Of a stretch of 64,000 nt of DNA, positions 54,683-62,989 are shown one piece after another (position 1 is the first letter of the stretch; every line of letters starts with the position of its first letter). Location of the stretch: positions 32,001 to 96,000 of the IMG/VR virus record IMGVR_UViG_3300045988_108212; one strand, 5' to 3'. The translations under genes were made by a program, and so were the position numbers. The stretch comes from a virus. The notes under the pieces are model-generated. The model did not search any database. It was not told the DNA's origin and saw nothing but the letters and a program-made list of their open reading frames with translations.

Positions 54683-55219
54683 TTATAAGGATGGGATTAA
54701 TTTATTTTTAATTTTTTTCAATTGATATTGAATTGCTTGATATGTAACACCAAGGGTATTTCCTATTTCTTCGTTCGTATACCCTTTTGCCTTTAAATTA
54801 ATAATTAACCTGTCCTTATTATTTAGTATTCGCATTTGCTCATCAAAACACAAAAAGAAAATTAATTTTTTTTCATTATTTTTTTTATCAGCTAGCAAAA
54901 AAGAATATTCTTTTTCGTCTTCATCTAAATCATTCATTAACTGATTGTACGATAAGGTAAGTCGTTCATCTCTTTTATCTGCAAATCTCCATCGAGTATA
55001 TGCTATAATTTCTTTTTGCATACATTTATATGCATATGTAGAGAATGATTTAGCTTTGGATTCATCATAATCAATTGCTGCCTTACACAACCCAATAGCA
55101 GCGAATCCATAATAGTCATCAAAATCTTGTCTGCGGATACCGCATTTTGTCATAGCAGAGTAAATCAAATTATGATTTTGTTCTACCAATTTTCTCTGTT
55201 CATCATTTAATTTCTTCAC
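54683..55219 (-). CDS. Sigma-70 family (ECF/SigK-like size) RNA polymerase sigma factor
   Basis: Region 2: DDYYGFAAIGLCKAAIDYDESKAKSFSTYAYKCMQKEI. Region 4 HTH: GYTNEEIGNTLGVTYQAIQYQLKKIK. Confidence 0.7.
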   Translation of the reverse strand: MKKLNDEQRKLVEQNHNLIYSAMTKCGIRRQDFDDYYGFAAIGLCKAAIDYDESKAKSFSTYAYKCMQKEIIAYTRWRFADKRDERLTLSYNQLMNDLDEDEKEYSFLLADKKNNEKKLIFFLCFDEQMRILNNKDRLIINLKAKGYTNEEIGNTLGVTYQAIQYQLKKIKNKLIPSL

Positions 55220-55988
55220 ATTTTTTATCCTCCTGTTCTTTAATGAATTTTTGTACTTCCTCTACATAGCTTAATTCAAAATATCTTTCAATATACCCGC
55301 CCATTGGAACTCCAGTATATTTAAAATTAGGAATAGTTTCTTTTAGTTGACCACAAACCTCGGATCTAAATGTGTTTGTATATTTTTTCAAATCATTCAT
55401 GGAATATGTTTGTTTAAAATATGGCATATCAAGAGTGTTAAATAGTCTCCATAAAAAACTACTATTTCTATACTTTGTTAACTTACTGTCACGCAATACA
55501 TCCATAAAATCTCTCATAAATCGGATTATCTTATCAACATCTTTTGATGCTAATTCAAATACTAAATTTTTTGATTCATCATAATATGTATAATCATCAT
55601 ATTTCGTATTTGAATAAATCTTGTATACCTCATTTTCGCCTGATAGATTTGCTGATATATTATTAACACTCAAAACTTTGCCATTTTTCATAACTATTTC
55701 ATTGCTACACAATATCGCAGGAGATGTTATAGAGAATTTATCCAATAAAACATATTGTGGGTTATGATTGAAATAGGGATTATGATTGTCAAAATTACCA
55801 AACATATCTGACAGCTCAATCCAATCTTTATTTTTCAATGAATCAATTTCCGTCCATTCATCTCCAAGACAAATACCACGAACTGTTTTTAAAACTCTTT
55901 TACCATAAATTTCAACATCGGCTTCCCAATCTGGATCTCTGTGTTTACTAAAAGCAAGTTCAATTTCTCTTGTATTTTTCCTTGACAT
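55203..55988 (-). CDS. Hypothetical protein
   Basis: Co-directional ORF overlapping the sigma gene start. Confidence 0.5.
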   Translation of the reverse strand: MSRKNTREIELAFSKHRDPDWEADVEIYGKRVLKTVRGICLGDEWTEIDSLKNKDWIELSDMFGNFDNHNPYFNHNPQYVLLDKFSITSPAILCSNEIVMKNGKVLSVNNISANLSGENEVYKIYSNTKYDDYTYYDESKNLVFELASKDVDKIIRFMRDFMDVLRDSKLTKYRNSSFLWRLFNTLDMPYFKQTYSMNDLKKYTNTFRSEVCGQLKETIPNFKYTGVPMGGYIERYFELSYVEEVQKFIKEQEDKKCEEIK

Positions 55989-55991
55989 ACA

Positions 55992-56945
55992 TCACACTCC
56001 TAACACATATTTATCACTTCTGAACCCAGCTGCATTTGGATGACCGCCACCACCATATTTCACAGCAAGCTCATACACATTTACTTTATCCTGTTCTGCG
56101 GATCGTAGCTGGTATTCCCACATACTTCCATTGAATGAAAAACCGATGAACATATCGTATTTAGAAGCGTCAATAGATTCGAAGAAATCAGAATTGATTA
56201 ATGCTCGATTGATTGCATAGACTTTATGCCCTTCAAATATGGTTTCAAAACCATATGCTCTAAGATATTGTTCTGCATTTGCTGCTAAATACTCAATAAT
56301 TGATAAGCCATCTGCTATCATATCACCAATAATTTTTGCTGCTTCATAAATTCCTTGATCTTTATTTAACGTGTTTAGCAAAGGACTTAACGCATCAAAA
56401 TCATACGATTCAAATGCATAGTGAAATGCTTTTACGAATTGTTTTGACGTTTCACCAAAATAAAATGTATCCCACATGGCTGTATATTCTACCAGTTTTG
56501 GATAATCTGCTTTATATTTATATATATTGAGTAATCTTTTTACATTTTTCTCATCCGTCCTCTCAATTTGCTCCCAATTTTCATCACACATATATTTAAA
56601 ATATAACCATGTCAAATTCGCTCCTGAAATACCCGCTCCAGTAATTCTGATTCCTTTTACATCACACTTGAAATCTTTATACGCTTCAATCGTAGACTGA
56701 TGATGGTCGATCCAAAATACATTCTTTGTAATACTGAGCAACTGCCACATCTCTTCTGGCTCAATACTGTAGTCTACAATAAACACAAATTCATCCTGCT
56801 CAATGTCATGAAACGGGAATTTCATACCGTAATTAATTTTTCGAAAGTCCTCTGGTTCAAATGCCAAGCCTCGCTGTTCGCAAGCTTTTCTGACGTAGAA
56901 TCCAGACACGATTCCGTCTTGATCCACATGATAAAAACATTTCAT
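55992..56945 (-). CDS. DHH/DHHA1 phosphoesterase (NrnA-like)
   Basis: HVDQDG, FIVDYS, WIDHHQS, GGGHPNAAGF. Confidence 0.7.
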   Translation of the reverse strand: MKCFYHVDQDGIVSGFYVRKACEQRGLAFEPEDFRKINYGMKFPFHDIEQDEFVFIVDYSIEPEEMWQLLSITKNVFWIDHHQSTIEAYKDFKCDVKGIRITGAGISGANLTWLYFKYMCDENWEQIERTDEKNVKRLLNIYKYKADYPKLVEYTAMWDTFYFGETSKQFVKAFHYAFESYDFDALSPLLNTLNKDQGIYEAAKIIGDMIADGLSIIEYLAANAEQYLRAYGFETIFEGHKVYAINRALINSDFFESIDASKYDMFIGFSFNGSMWEYQLRSAEQDKVNVYELAVKYGGGGHPNAAGFRSDKYVLGV

Positions 56946-56995
56946 TCTTTAGTCCTCCTTCTCATTTCTCTGTTTATATACAAACATCTACTAAT

Positions 56996-57625
56996 CTATC
57001 TTTTTGAAAAGATATAATCCAATTGATTTTTAATATCATTCAAAGACAAAATTTCTTTCTTATATCGTTTAAATTGAATGTCATGCAGTATCTTTTCATA
57101 TTCTCTCTCTTTCTTATAGTGATCCAAGATCAACTCTTTAAGACGAATAGAATATTTCATATGATATCTGTTTTGAAAAATCATTCCCCTCAAAATATTT
57201 AGATCAATATGTGGATTTTCTTCTAATACAATATCTAATGTATTGCTTTCCTTTGCCTTTATATAAAGCTCATCATACCATACGTTTCTTTTTATGTCGT
57301 ACACTAAAGAATCTAAGTTGAAAAATACAGTAAAAGGTAAATTCTTTAGATAATCTTCTTCAGAACAGTTAATGATATTCTCTCTATATGCCCATGTTTG
57401 CTCTATTCTCCATACATCAACAACAATGTCATGGTAGGTAATTTTATATCCATCAAAAAAGTTCTTTCTGGCATGATATTTTTTACAAACTGCATCAAAC
57501 TTATCTGTTTCTTTTGTATCAATCACAACGTCAATATCTTTTGCATCTTTAATGTTGCCTGTTTCTAAAAATTCTCTTGGGGCTCCGCCTATCAAGTAAA
57601 GATCCCCTGTATTATACAGTTCCAT
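56996..57625 (-). CDS. Pol-beta superfamily nucleotidyltransferase (minimal CCA-adding/poly(A) polymerase-like head)
   Basis: LIGGAPREFL..DIDVVI resembles GG.VRD.LL..D.D of tRNA nucleotidyltransferases. Confidence 0.5.
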   Translation of the reverse strand: MELYNTGDLYLIGGAPREFLETGNIKDAKDIDVVIDTKETDKFDAVCKKYHARKNFFDGYKITYHDIVVDVWRIEQTWAYRENIINCSEEDYLKNLPFTVFFNLDSLVYDIKRNVWYDELYIKAKESNTLDIVLEENPHIDLNILRGMIFQNRYHMKYSIRLKELILDHYKKEREYEKILHDIQFKRYKKEILSLNDIKNQLDYIFSKR

Positions 57626-57699
57626 AAATAATTGTTGTGCTGATTTATAATGATTTAGACAGTTTTCAATACTGTTGTTTTCATAGCCCTTCTTAGTTT

Positions 57700-58011
57700 T
57701 TATTCTTTTTCCTCCTTTACAAGCTTAACTTTATAACCAAGTTCCTTTTCAATTTCTTCAATCGTCATTTCTTTTGGCGGAGAATAACTCATATTCAAAC
57801 TATCAATATCAGTTTCCATATTCCAAACACTTCTGTAAATCAATCTTCCTACCAAAATACAAATTGCTTTCTTAACTTCTTGTGCTGTCGGTGGATAATG
57901 ATCTAATGATGCAATAATATGTTTGTAGTTTTCTTCATTCAATAAAACACGCTTAGAGTCAAGCGATGAATCCTCTTCTTCTCGTGATTCAATATATAAA
58001 AAGTGGTTCAT
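57700..58011 (-). CDS. Hypothetical protein
   Basis: Co-directional ORF. Confidence 0.5.
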   Translation of the reverse strand: MNHFLYIESREEEDSSLDSKRVLLNEENYKHIIASLDHYPPTAQEVKKAICILVGRLIYRSVWNMETDIDSLNMSYSPPKEMTIEEIEKELGYKVKLVKEEKE

Positions 58012-58178
58012 GTTATCTCTCCTTTCTCAATTTCTTCTTTAATAATTCTATATGCAAGAGCCTCATCAGACTCTTTGTCATTAATTCCATTTCTTTCTAA
58101 TAGCCTGTCCAATTCGTCTGGGCTCAACTGATCAAAGAATCGTTTTATTTCTTGTTTACGTTCTTGTCTTGTTTTCAT
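58008..58178 (-). CDS. Small hypothetical protein (56 aa)
   Basis: MKTRQERKQEIKRFFDQLSPDELDRLLERNGI... ATGA overlap with the next gene. Below the track's size cut-off. Confidence 0.35.
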   Translation of the reverse strand: MKTRQERKQEIKRFFDQLSPDELDRLLERNGINDKESDEALAYRIIKEEIEKGEIT

Positions 58179-58385
58179 TTTTTTGTTTAAATTCCTTTAG
58201 TTCTGTTATTTTTTATAGTTGCCAAACCCCCAAATAACATAAATCCGACAAAATAACATAGATTTTAGTGAGTGCTATAACAAACCTCACTTTTGGCGTA
58301 CTCAAAAACTATTTGAGCAGAATATTTTTATATTCCAAAAACACACCAAATATTTTAAAATTTTTATTTTGTTTCTTAGCCATAT

Positions 58386-58571
58386 CTACTTCACTACCTT
58401 ACCATCTGGCATTATAAATTCCCAATACCCATCACTATTTTCAACTTCTTTTGGCTCTTCTTTATCTATTTTCTCCATCAACTTCTGCGCTCGTTCAATA
58501 TCTTCTTTTGTCCAATTTTCTACTTCGTCAATCAAACCTTGCAAAAACTTCAATGATTCTTGTTTACTCAT
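58386..58571 (-). CDS. Small hypothetical protein
   Basis: Last ORF before the 58190-58385 intergenic region. Confidence 0.45.
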   Translation of the reverse strand: MSKQESLKFLQGLIDEVENWTKEDIERAQKLMEKIDKEEPKEVENSDGYWEFIMPDGKVVK

Positions 58572-58576
58572 GAGTC

Positions 58577-58858
58577 TTATTCCTCACATTTTCTACCATA
58601 TAGTAAGAATCCAAGATCTCGTATTCTACCTATCTTACGATCATCCTTGTTTTCAAAAAATTCTAAAGAGTAAATATCACGATTAGAGATGTTTACTGGT
58701 TTGTCAAATTTAACGGTCATATATCTATACCCATATCTACGACCAATCTCATCTGTTCCGATGCGAGTAATTGTACCTTTGTCGTTATTTCTAACCAAAC
58801 CTCCTTTAGCCGCTGGCTTCATTCTATAAATATAAACTCTATCTCCGACCTTTAGCAT
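58577..58858 (-). CDS. Hypothetical protein
   Basis: Abuts the upstream gene. Confidence 0.5.
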   Translation of the reverse strand: MLKVGDRVYIYRMKPAAKGGLVRNNDKGTITRIGTDEIGRRYGYRYMTVKFDKPVNISNRDIYSLEFFENKDDRKIGRIRDLGFLLYGRKCEE

Positions 58859-59167
58859 TTACTTACCTTCCATTTCTTCATAAAGCTCTCTAAATTTTCT
58901 AAAATCATCCACACTACCACCATTGTCTGGATGACTTTTCTTCATTGCATACTTCACTGCATCCTTAACATCTGAACGAGTTTCTTCCTTATTATATGTA
59001 CCATTTTCTTTGTCGTTCGCATCAGCCATGAATGACATTTTATCTAAGATCAGATTTACATTTGTCTGTCTCATCCGATCTAACTTTCTTTCATATCTTA
59101 GAAATACAATCACTCCAACGATACAAAACCCAATGGCAAACTCAATATTAGCTCCCATATTAATCAC
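58859..59167 (-). CDS. Membrane-anchored J-domain-like protein
   Basis: TM segment FAIGFCIVGVIVFL, then DAVKYAMKKSHPDNGGSVDDFRKFRELYEE (HPD tripeptide between two helices). Confidence 0.5.
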   Translation of the reverse strand: MINMGANIEFAIGFCIVGVIVFLRYERKLDRMRQTNVNLILDKMSFMADANDKENGTYNKEETRSDVKDAVKYAMKKSHPDNGGSVDDFRKFRELYEEMEGK

Positions 59168-59355
59168 CTCCCTTTACATAAAACTCAGATTTTACTCTAT
59201 TACATATCTTTTCTCACAACCACATTTCTTGCAGCGATAAACTTTTTCACACTTATAAGGCTTAGTTGATTTATTGCTCCAATATATATCTGAATCAAAT
59301 ATCTGTTCCCACTCATGTTTGCAGAAACAAGATCTTATATACCAAATTAATTTTC

Positions 59356-59538
59356 TCATTCATTATCATCCTCTTCTGGTCTTAACATAATACCAAGACC
59401 CGTACACATTCCAGTAAGTTTCTTGTCCATTGCCTTAATTCTTTTGTAATTGTAATAGGTCATATATGGTACTCCAACACCAATTGCTATGATCACCATA
59501 AACGCCAATATCCAAATTATGTAAAATAAAACGTCCAT
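59356..59538 (-). CDS. Small membrane protein
   Basis: FYIIWILAFMVIIAIGVGVPYM. Confidence 0.45.
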   Translation of the reverse strand: MDVLFYIIWILAFMVIIAIGVGVPYMTYYNYKRIKAMDKKLTGMCTGLGIMLRPEEDDNE

Positions 59539-59539
59539 T

Positions 59540-59806
59540 TTATCTTTCTCCTTTTCTTCGATCTCTTTCTATTTTTCTGAGATACCTTCTTTGTTTTTCG
59601 ACCACATTAAATGCAAAATCATCTATGTGTCCATACGATGCAAAGTTTCGTGCCATTGTCAAATCTCCATAAATCTTATGATATGTTTCGTTTTTGACCA
59701 TTTCTTTTCTGCAATAATACAATGCGTTACATAATGTTGTTAGCTCTGTTGCATCCAATCTAATGATCGCCTCACTATCTTCTTTGGAAAGATTTAAAAT
59801 CTGCAT
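59540..59806 (-). CDS. Hypothetical protein (88 aa)
   Basis: The internal ATG at 59806 is preceded by AAAGGAG. The longer track ORF would overlap the upstream gene by 116 nt. Confidence 0.45.
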   Translation of the reverse strand: MQILNLSKEDSEAIIRLDATELTTLCNALYYCRKEMVKNETYHKIYGDLTMARNFASYGHIDDFAFNVVEKQRRYLRKIERDRRKGER

Positions 59807-59831
59807 ATCAACAACTCCTTTCTGTCTACTA

Positions 59832-60305
59832 CTATCTCCTAAAATCAAACCACCATACTGTGTAAAAATTCTTCTGAAAATATGTATCGTCTCCGTCATC
59901 AAGTTCTGTGAAATATTTTCTGCCTCGTTCCTTAACATCGTCTTCATTAAAATAACTATATGCCCATGCAGGAATTGTGTAAGATTCCTTATCTTCTAAG
60001 CAAAGATTCAACAAATCTTTGACCATCATCTGCAATTCTTCTTCATCATATCCCTGTGTCATTACGTCAAAATATGGGATATATGCCATATATGGAACCG
60101 AGTCATTCTCATCTTTTAGAACTACGACAGGAAATGTTAGATTGTAATTCATATCAGCCTTGCTCCCTTGAATTGTAAATATTATTTTTTCTTCATCGGT
60201 TGTATCGTCAGTAAGTGCAAATAGCGAAACATCTCTAAGTGCGTATCTGTATCTAATATCGTTTACCCTCTTCCTTCTTATGTTTTTTCTTTTTGTATGG
60301 TACAC
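59832..60305 (-). CDS. HicB-like (UPF0150 fold) domain protein
   Basis: FPVVVLKDENDSVPYMAYIPYFDVMTQGYDEEELQMMVKDLL..YTIPAW resembles the HicB N-terminal domain. Ends in three consecutive TAG codons. Confidence 0.4.
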   Translation of the reverse strand: MYHTKRKNIRRKRVNDIRYRYALRDVSLFALTDDTTDEEKIIFTIQGSKADMNYNLTFPVVVLKDENDSVPYMAYIPYFDVMTQGYDEEELQMMVKDLLNLCLEDKESYTIPAWAYSYFNEDDVKERGRKYFTELDDGDDTYFQKNFYTVWWFDFRR

Positions 60306-60456
60306 AATAATCAGAAGATACCCATACCCAACTATTTTTTATATAGATTAAGAAATCTGCACCCTTTTCATAGTAATAACCTTGTGTGTATGGGCTAGGG
60401 CTTACTCCATACACTTTGTATGGCTTACCTTTATATAAAACTTTCATACTATTCAT
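60253..60456 (-). CDS. Small protein, FLIY..WVWVS family
   Basis: Paralogue of 23659-23868. Confidence 0.45.
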   Translation of the reverse strand: MNSMKVLYKGKPYKVYGVSPSPYTQGYYYEKGADFLIYIKNSWVWVSSDYCVPYKKKKHKKEEGKRY

Positions 60457-60982
60457 CCAACTCACAATCAACATCAAATAGATATTTTATGATGCGTTTT
60501 GCTCCAACCTTGTTGGCGGCATCCTCAGCGATTTCTTTAGAAGAAAAATATACCTCATTTAGGCGTCTAAGTTGTACGGCAGGGATTTTTGCCAAATCAT
60601 CCTCAGTCACATCATATCCAATATAATAATGAAAATTCGCTCCATCCCATTCTTCTTGATCAGGATCATTATGTTCATCAGCATATATTTGCAATTCAAC
60701 CCTAACCTTCTGCTTTTCAATAGCAAACTCTGTATCCTTTTCAGTCTTAAATACATTACCTAAAGCTAATCTTCTAAAATCTGATGCTCTACCTTGCCAT
60801 TTTGCCATACAGATATGCCCATCATCAGTGATGAAATAATACGTATCCCCATTCTTTAAACCACATGAATTAGCTTTTTCTTCTTTTTCTGATCTTTCAC
60901 AAAATTGCTCAAATAATGATTTGAATAAATTCTGTTGTGCTTCAGATAATTTTGAAATATCAATTGTCTTTTCTGTACCCAT
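60449..60982 (-). CDS. Hypothetical protein, tandem paralogue A
   Basis: TIDISKLSEAQQNLFKSLFEQFCER..LGNVFKTEKD.. vs its neighbour. Confidence 0.55.
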   Translation of the reverse strand: MGTEKTIDISKLSEAQQNLFKSLFEQFCERSEKEEKANSCGLKNGDTYYFITDDGHICMAKWQGRASDFRRLALGNVFKTEKDTEFAIEKQKVRVELQIYADEHNDPDQEEWDGANFHYYIGYDVTEDDLAKIPAVQLRRLNEVYFSSKEIAEDAANKVGAKRIIKYLFDVDCELDE

Positions 60983-60998
60983 TTTCTTTCACCTCACT

Positions 60999-61511
60999 TT
61001 ATGCTCCAAAGATGTATTTAATGATTCTGTCTCTTCCGATTGCTTCAATTGCATCAACTAAAACATCTTTTGATGTAAACATAACTGTACCCTGTATTTT
61101 TGTTGTAGCCCATGTATCGCAAAGAAGTCTTTTTCCGTCTTCTTCACATCGAATACAATAACAACGATTGGCAAATTCTGTGCCATTGTGTTCCTTTGCA
61201 TACCGCTCAAGTTCAACTTCTACTTTTCTTTTCTTTCTTGCAAATACTGCTTCTTCTTGTGTTTTAAATACGTTGCCTAATACCCATCTACCGTTATCGA
61301 CAATGCTATTAAACCATATTGCACTATAAATAGATCCGCTACCATCAATGTAATGATATCTTTCACCGTATTTTGGTTTCCAAACTTTAGACCCTGAATT
61401 AGTTTTTTCTTTTGGTTTCGCTCTTTCACAACATTTATCAAATAATGCTTTTATTAGATCCTGTTCTGCCTCTGGCAGCACTGAAATATCAATTGTTTTT
61501 GTTGTACTCAT
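60999..61511 (-). CDS. Hypothetical protein, tandem paralogue B
   Basis: TIDISVLPEAEQDLIKALFDKCCER..LGNVFKTQEE.. Confidence 0.55.
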   Translation of the reverse strand: MSTTKTIDISVLPEAEQDLIKALFDKCCERAKPKEKTNSGSKVWKPKYGERYHYIDGSGSIYSAIWFNSIVDNGRWVLGNVFKTQEEAVFARKKRKVEVELERYAKEHNGTEFANRCYCIRCEEDGKRLLCDTWATTKIQGTVMFTSKDVLVDAIEAIGRDRIIKYIFGA

Positions 61512-61904
61512 TTATTTCCCCTCACTTTTAAACTCTTCAATCTCTCTCCACGCCAAAACACTTTCGTCGTTATAGTATAAAATGTTACTGTTACGCCTTC
61601 TCCATCCATGAGAATCGTGCCATGACCTATGAGTGCATTCACCTTTTATAAAAACCCAAACGTACTTAATATCTTCTGGCAGATCATCAGGATTCTTTCT
61701 TAAGTCATGCCATCTATACTTTTCTTTATATTCTTTTAACTCTTTCAATTCTCCCAGCCACTTCGCAAGTTGCTCATGATTTAAGGCACAGTCAATCAAT
61801 CCATCAAGTTCTTCATCGTCTGGATTCGCATGACACAACATGGCTTCTGTGTATTTCTTTGTTGCCATATCATTTGCGCATTTGATAGTTTCTTCTAAAT
61901 TCAT
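61512..61904 (-). CDS. Hypothetical protein
   Basis: Abuts the upstream gene. Confidence 0.5.
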   Translation of the reverse strand: MNLEETIKCANDMATKKYTEAMLCHANPDDEELDGLIDCALNHEQLAKWLGELKELKEYKEKYRWHDLRKNPDDLPEDIKYVWVFIKGECTHRSWHDSHGWRRRNSNILYYNDESVLAWREIEEFKSEGK

Positions 61905-61919
61905 TTGTTTCTCTCCTCT

Positions 61920-62207
61920 CTAATCAATATCTGCGATACTCTCTACAAAACAGTTATAATAAATATATCTCTTACCTTTGTAGTCAAACTTGACATATCC
62001 ACCATCATTTGTATCAATATCAATTTTTCCTTTATATTCAGCAATCTTCTTACCGTCTGCCGTGTATACTGTAATGACTCTATTCATACCACCATTCCAA
62101 TTGCTTTTCATATCAACAACTCCTCTTTTGAATCCTGCGGTACATCCTGTCATTGATCCTAAGCAAATCGTTGTTCCTAGAACCGTTGCCAAAATTTTCT
62201 TTCTCAT
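61920..62207 (-). CDS. Small lipoprotein
   Basis: MRKKILATVLGTTICLGSMTGC signal sequence plus lipobox. Confidence 0.6.
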   Translation of the reverse strand: MRKKILATVLGTTICLGSMTGCTAGFKRGVVDMKSNWNGGMNRVITVYTADGKKIAEYKGKIDIDTNDGGYVKFDYKGKRYIYYNCFVESIADID

Positions 62208-62615
62208 TTATTTCTCTCCTTCTTCCTTATAGTAATATCCATACAAGCAACAATCTCCAGAATCCCATGTGTCGTAATAACAACCGTCTGAAATTGCAAC
62301 TACATGATTCGCAACATTTACCAAGTAATTGCCTTGTTTATGATCTTTTGCAAAACTTTCAACTGTTGGTCGTTTAGATCCTTTTCGGTTGCTAATACCT
62401 TGATAAGCAAACCCATTATCGAATAAATATTCTTCGTAACATTTTCGCTCTGATGGCATACACTGCATATCCCTTGCGTATGGTAACAAATCATCAAATG
62501 TTGTTAACCATTCTTTATCAAGCACTTTTGTTAATGCTCTGATCACGCAATCTGAATGATTGTCTTTTGTATCTTTATCGTTTGGTTGATAATATCTGTA
62601 AATTTTATTTGACAT
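62208..62615 (-). CDS. Putative papain-fold Cys/His hydrolase (first gene of leftward operon)
   Basis: HSDCVIRAL ... ANHVVAISDGCYYDTWD gives a Cys..His..Asp order typical of papain-like peptidases/amidases. Family not identified. Confidence 0.35.
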   Translation of the reverse strand: MSNKIYRYYQPNDKDTKDNHSDCVIRALTKVLDKEWLTTFDDLLPYARDMQCMPSERKCYEEYLFDNGFAYQGISNRKGSKRPTVESFAKDHKQGNYLVNVANHVVAISDGCYYDTWDSGDCCLYGYYYKEEGEK

Positions 62616-62671
62616 TTTCTCACTCCTTCATATTTCATTTTCTTGAAGTTTACCTTTCATTTGTTGAATAT

Positions 62672-62700
62672 AATATACCACTTCTTGCACATAGTGTCAA
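62672..62700 (-). promoter_or_regulatory. Leftward early promoter
   Basis: Minus strand TTGACA (62695-62700), 17 nt, TATATT (62672-62677). Confidence 0.6.
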
Positions 62701-62731
62701 TGCAAAATCTTCAACTTCTTGAATATTTTAT

Positions 62732-62760
62732 TTTACATCCTGTATATAATATGTTACAAT
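62732..62760 (+). promoter_or_regulatory. Rightward promoter for XRE regulator
   Basis: TTTACA (62732-62737), 17 nt, TACAAT (62755-62760). A second candidate, TTGAAT at 62719, overlaps it. Confidence 0.55.
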
Positions 62761-62781
62761 ATAGATGTGGAGGTATATCAT

Positions 62782-62985
62782 ATGATAAGTTATAAACCGC
62801 TTTTCGTAACTTTAGCGAAAAAGGGTATGACAAAATCTGATTTACGAACCGCTTTAAATATGGGGTCTGGTACAATTGCCAAGATGGCAAAGAATCAGTA
62901 TATCAGTCTCGAAAACATTGACAAAATTTGCTTATATCTTGATTGCAAAGTTGAAGATGTTATCGAGGTCATACCAAACGATTAA
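62782..62985 (+). CDS. XRE-family HTH transcriptional regulator (67 aa, YozG-like)
   Basis: GGAGG lies 8 nt before the ATG at 62782. KKGMTKSDLRTALNMGSGTIAKMAKNQYISLENIDKICLYLDCKVEDVIE. Confidence 0.75.
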   Translation: MISYKPLFVTLAKKGMTKSDLRTALNMGSGTIAKMAKNQYISLENIDKICLYLDCKVEDVIEVIPND

Positions 62986-62989
62986 CCAA

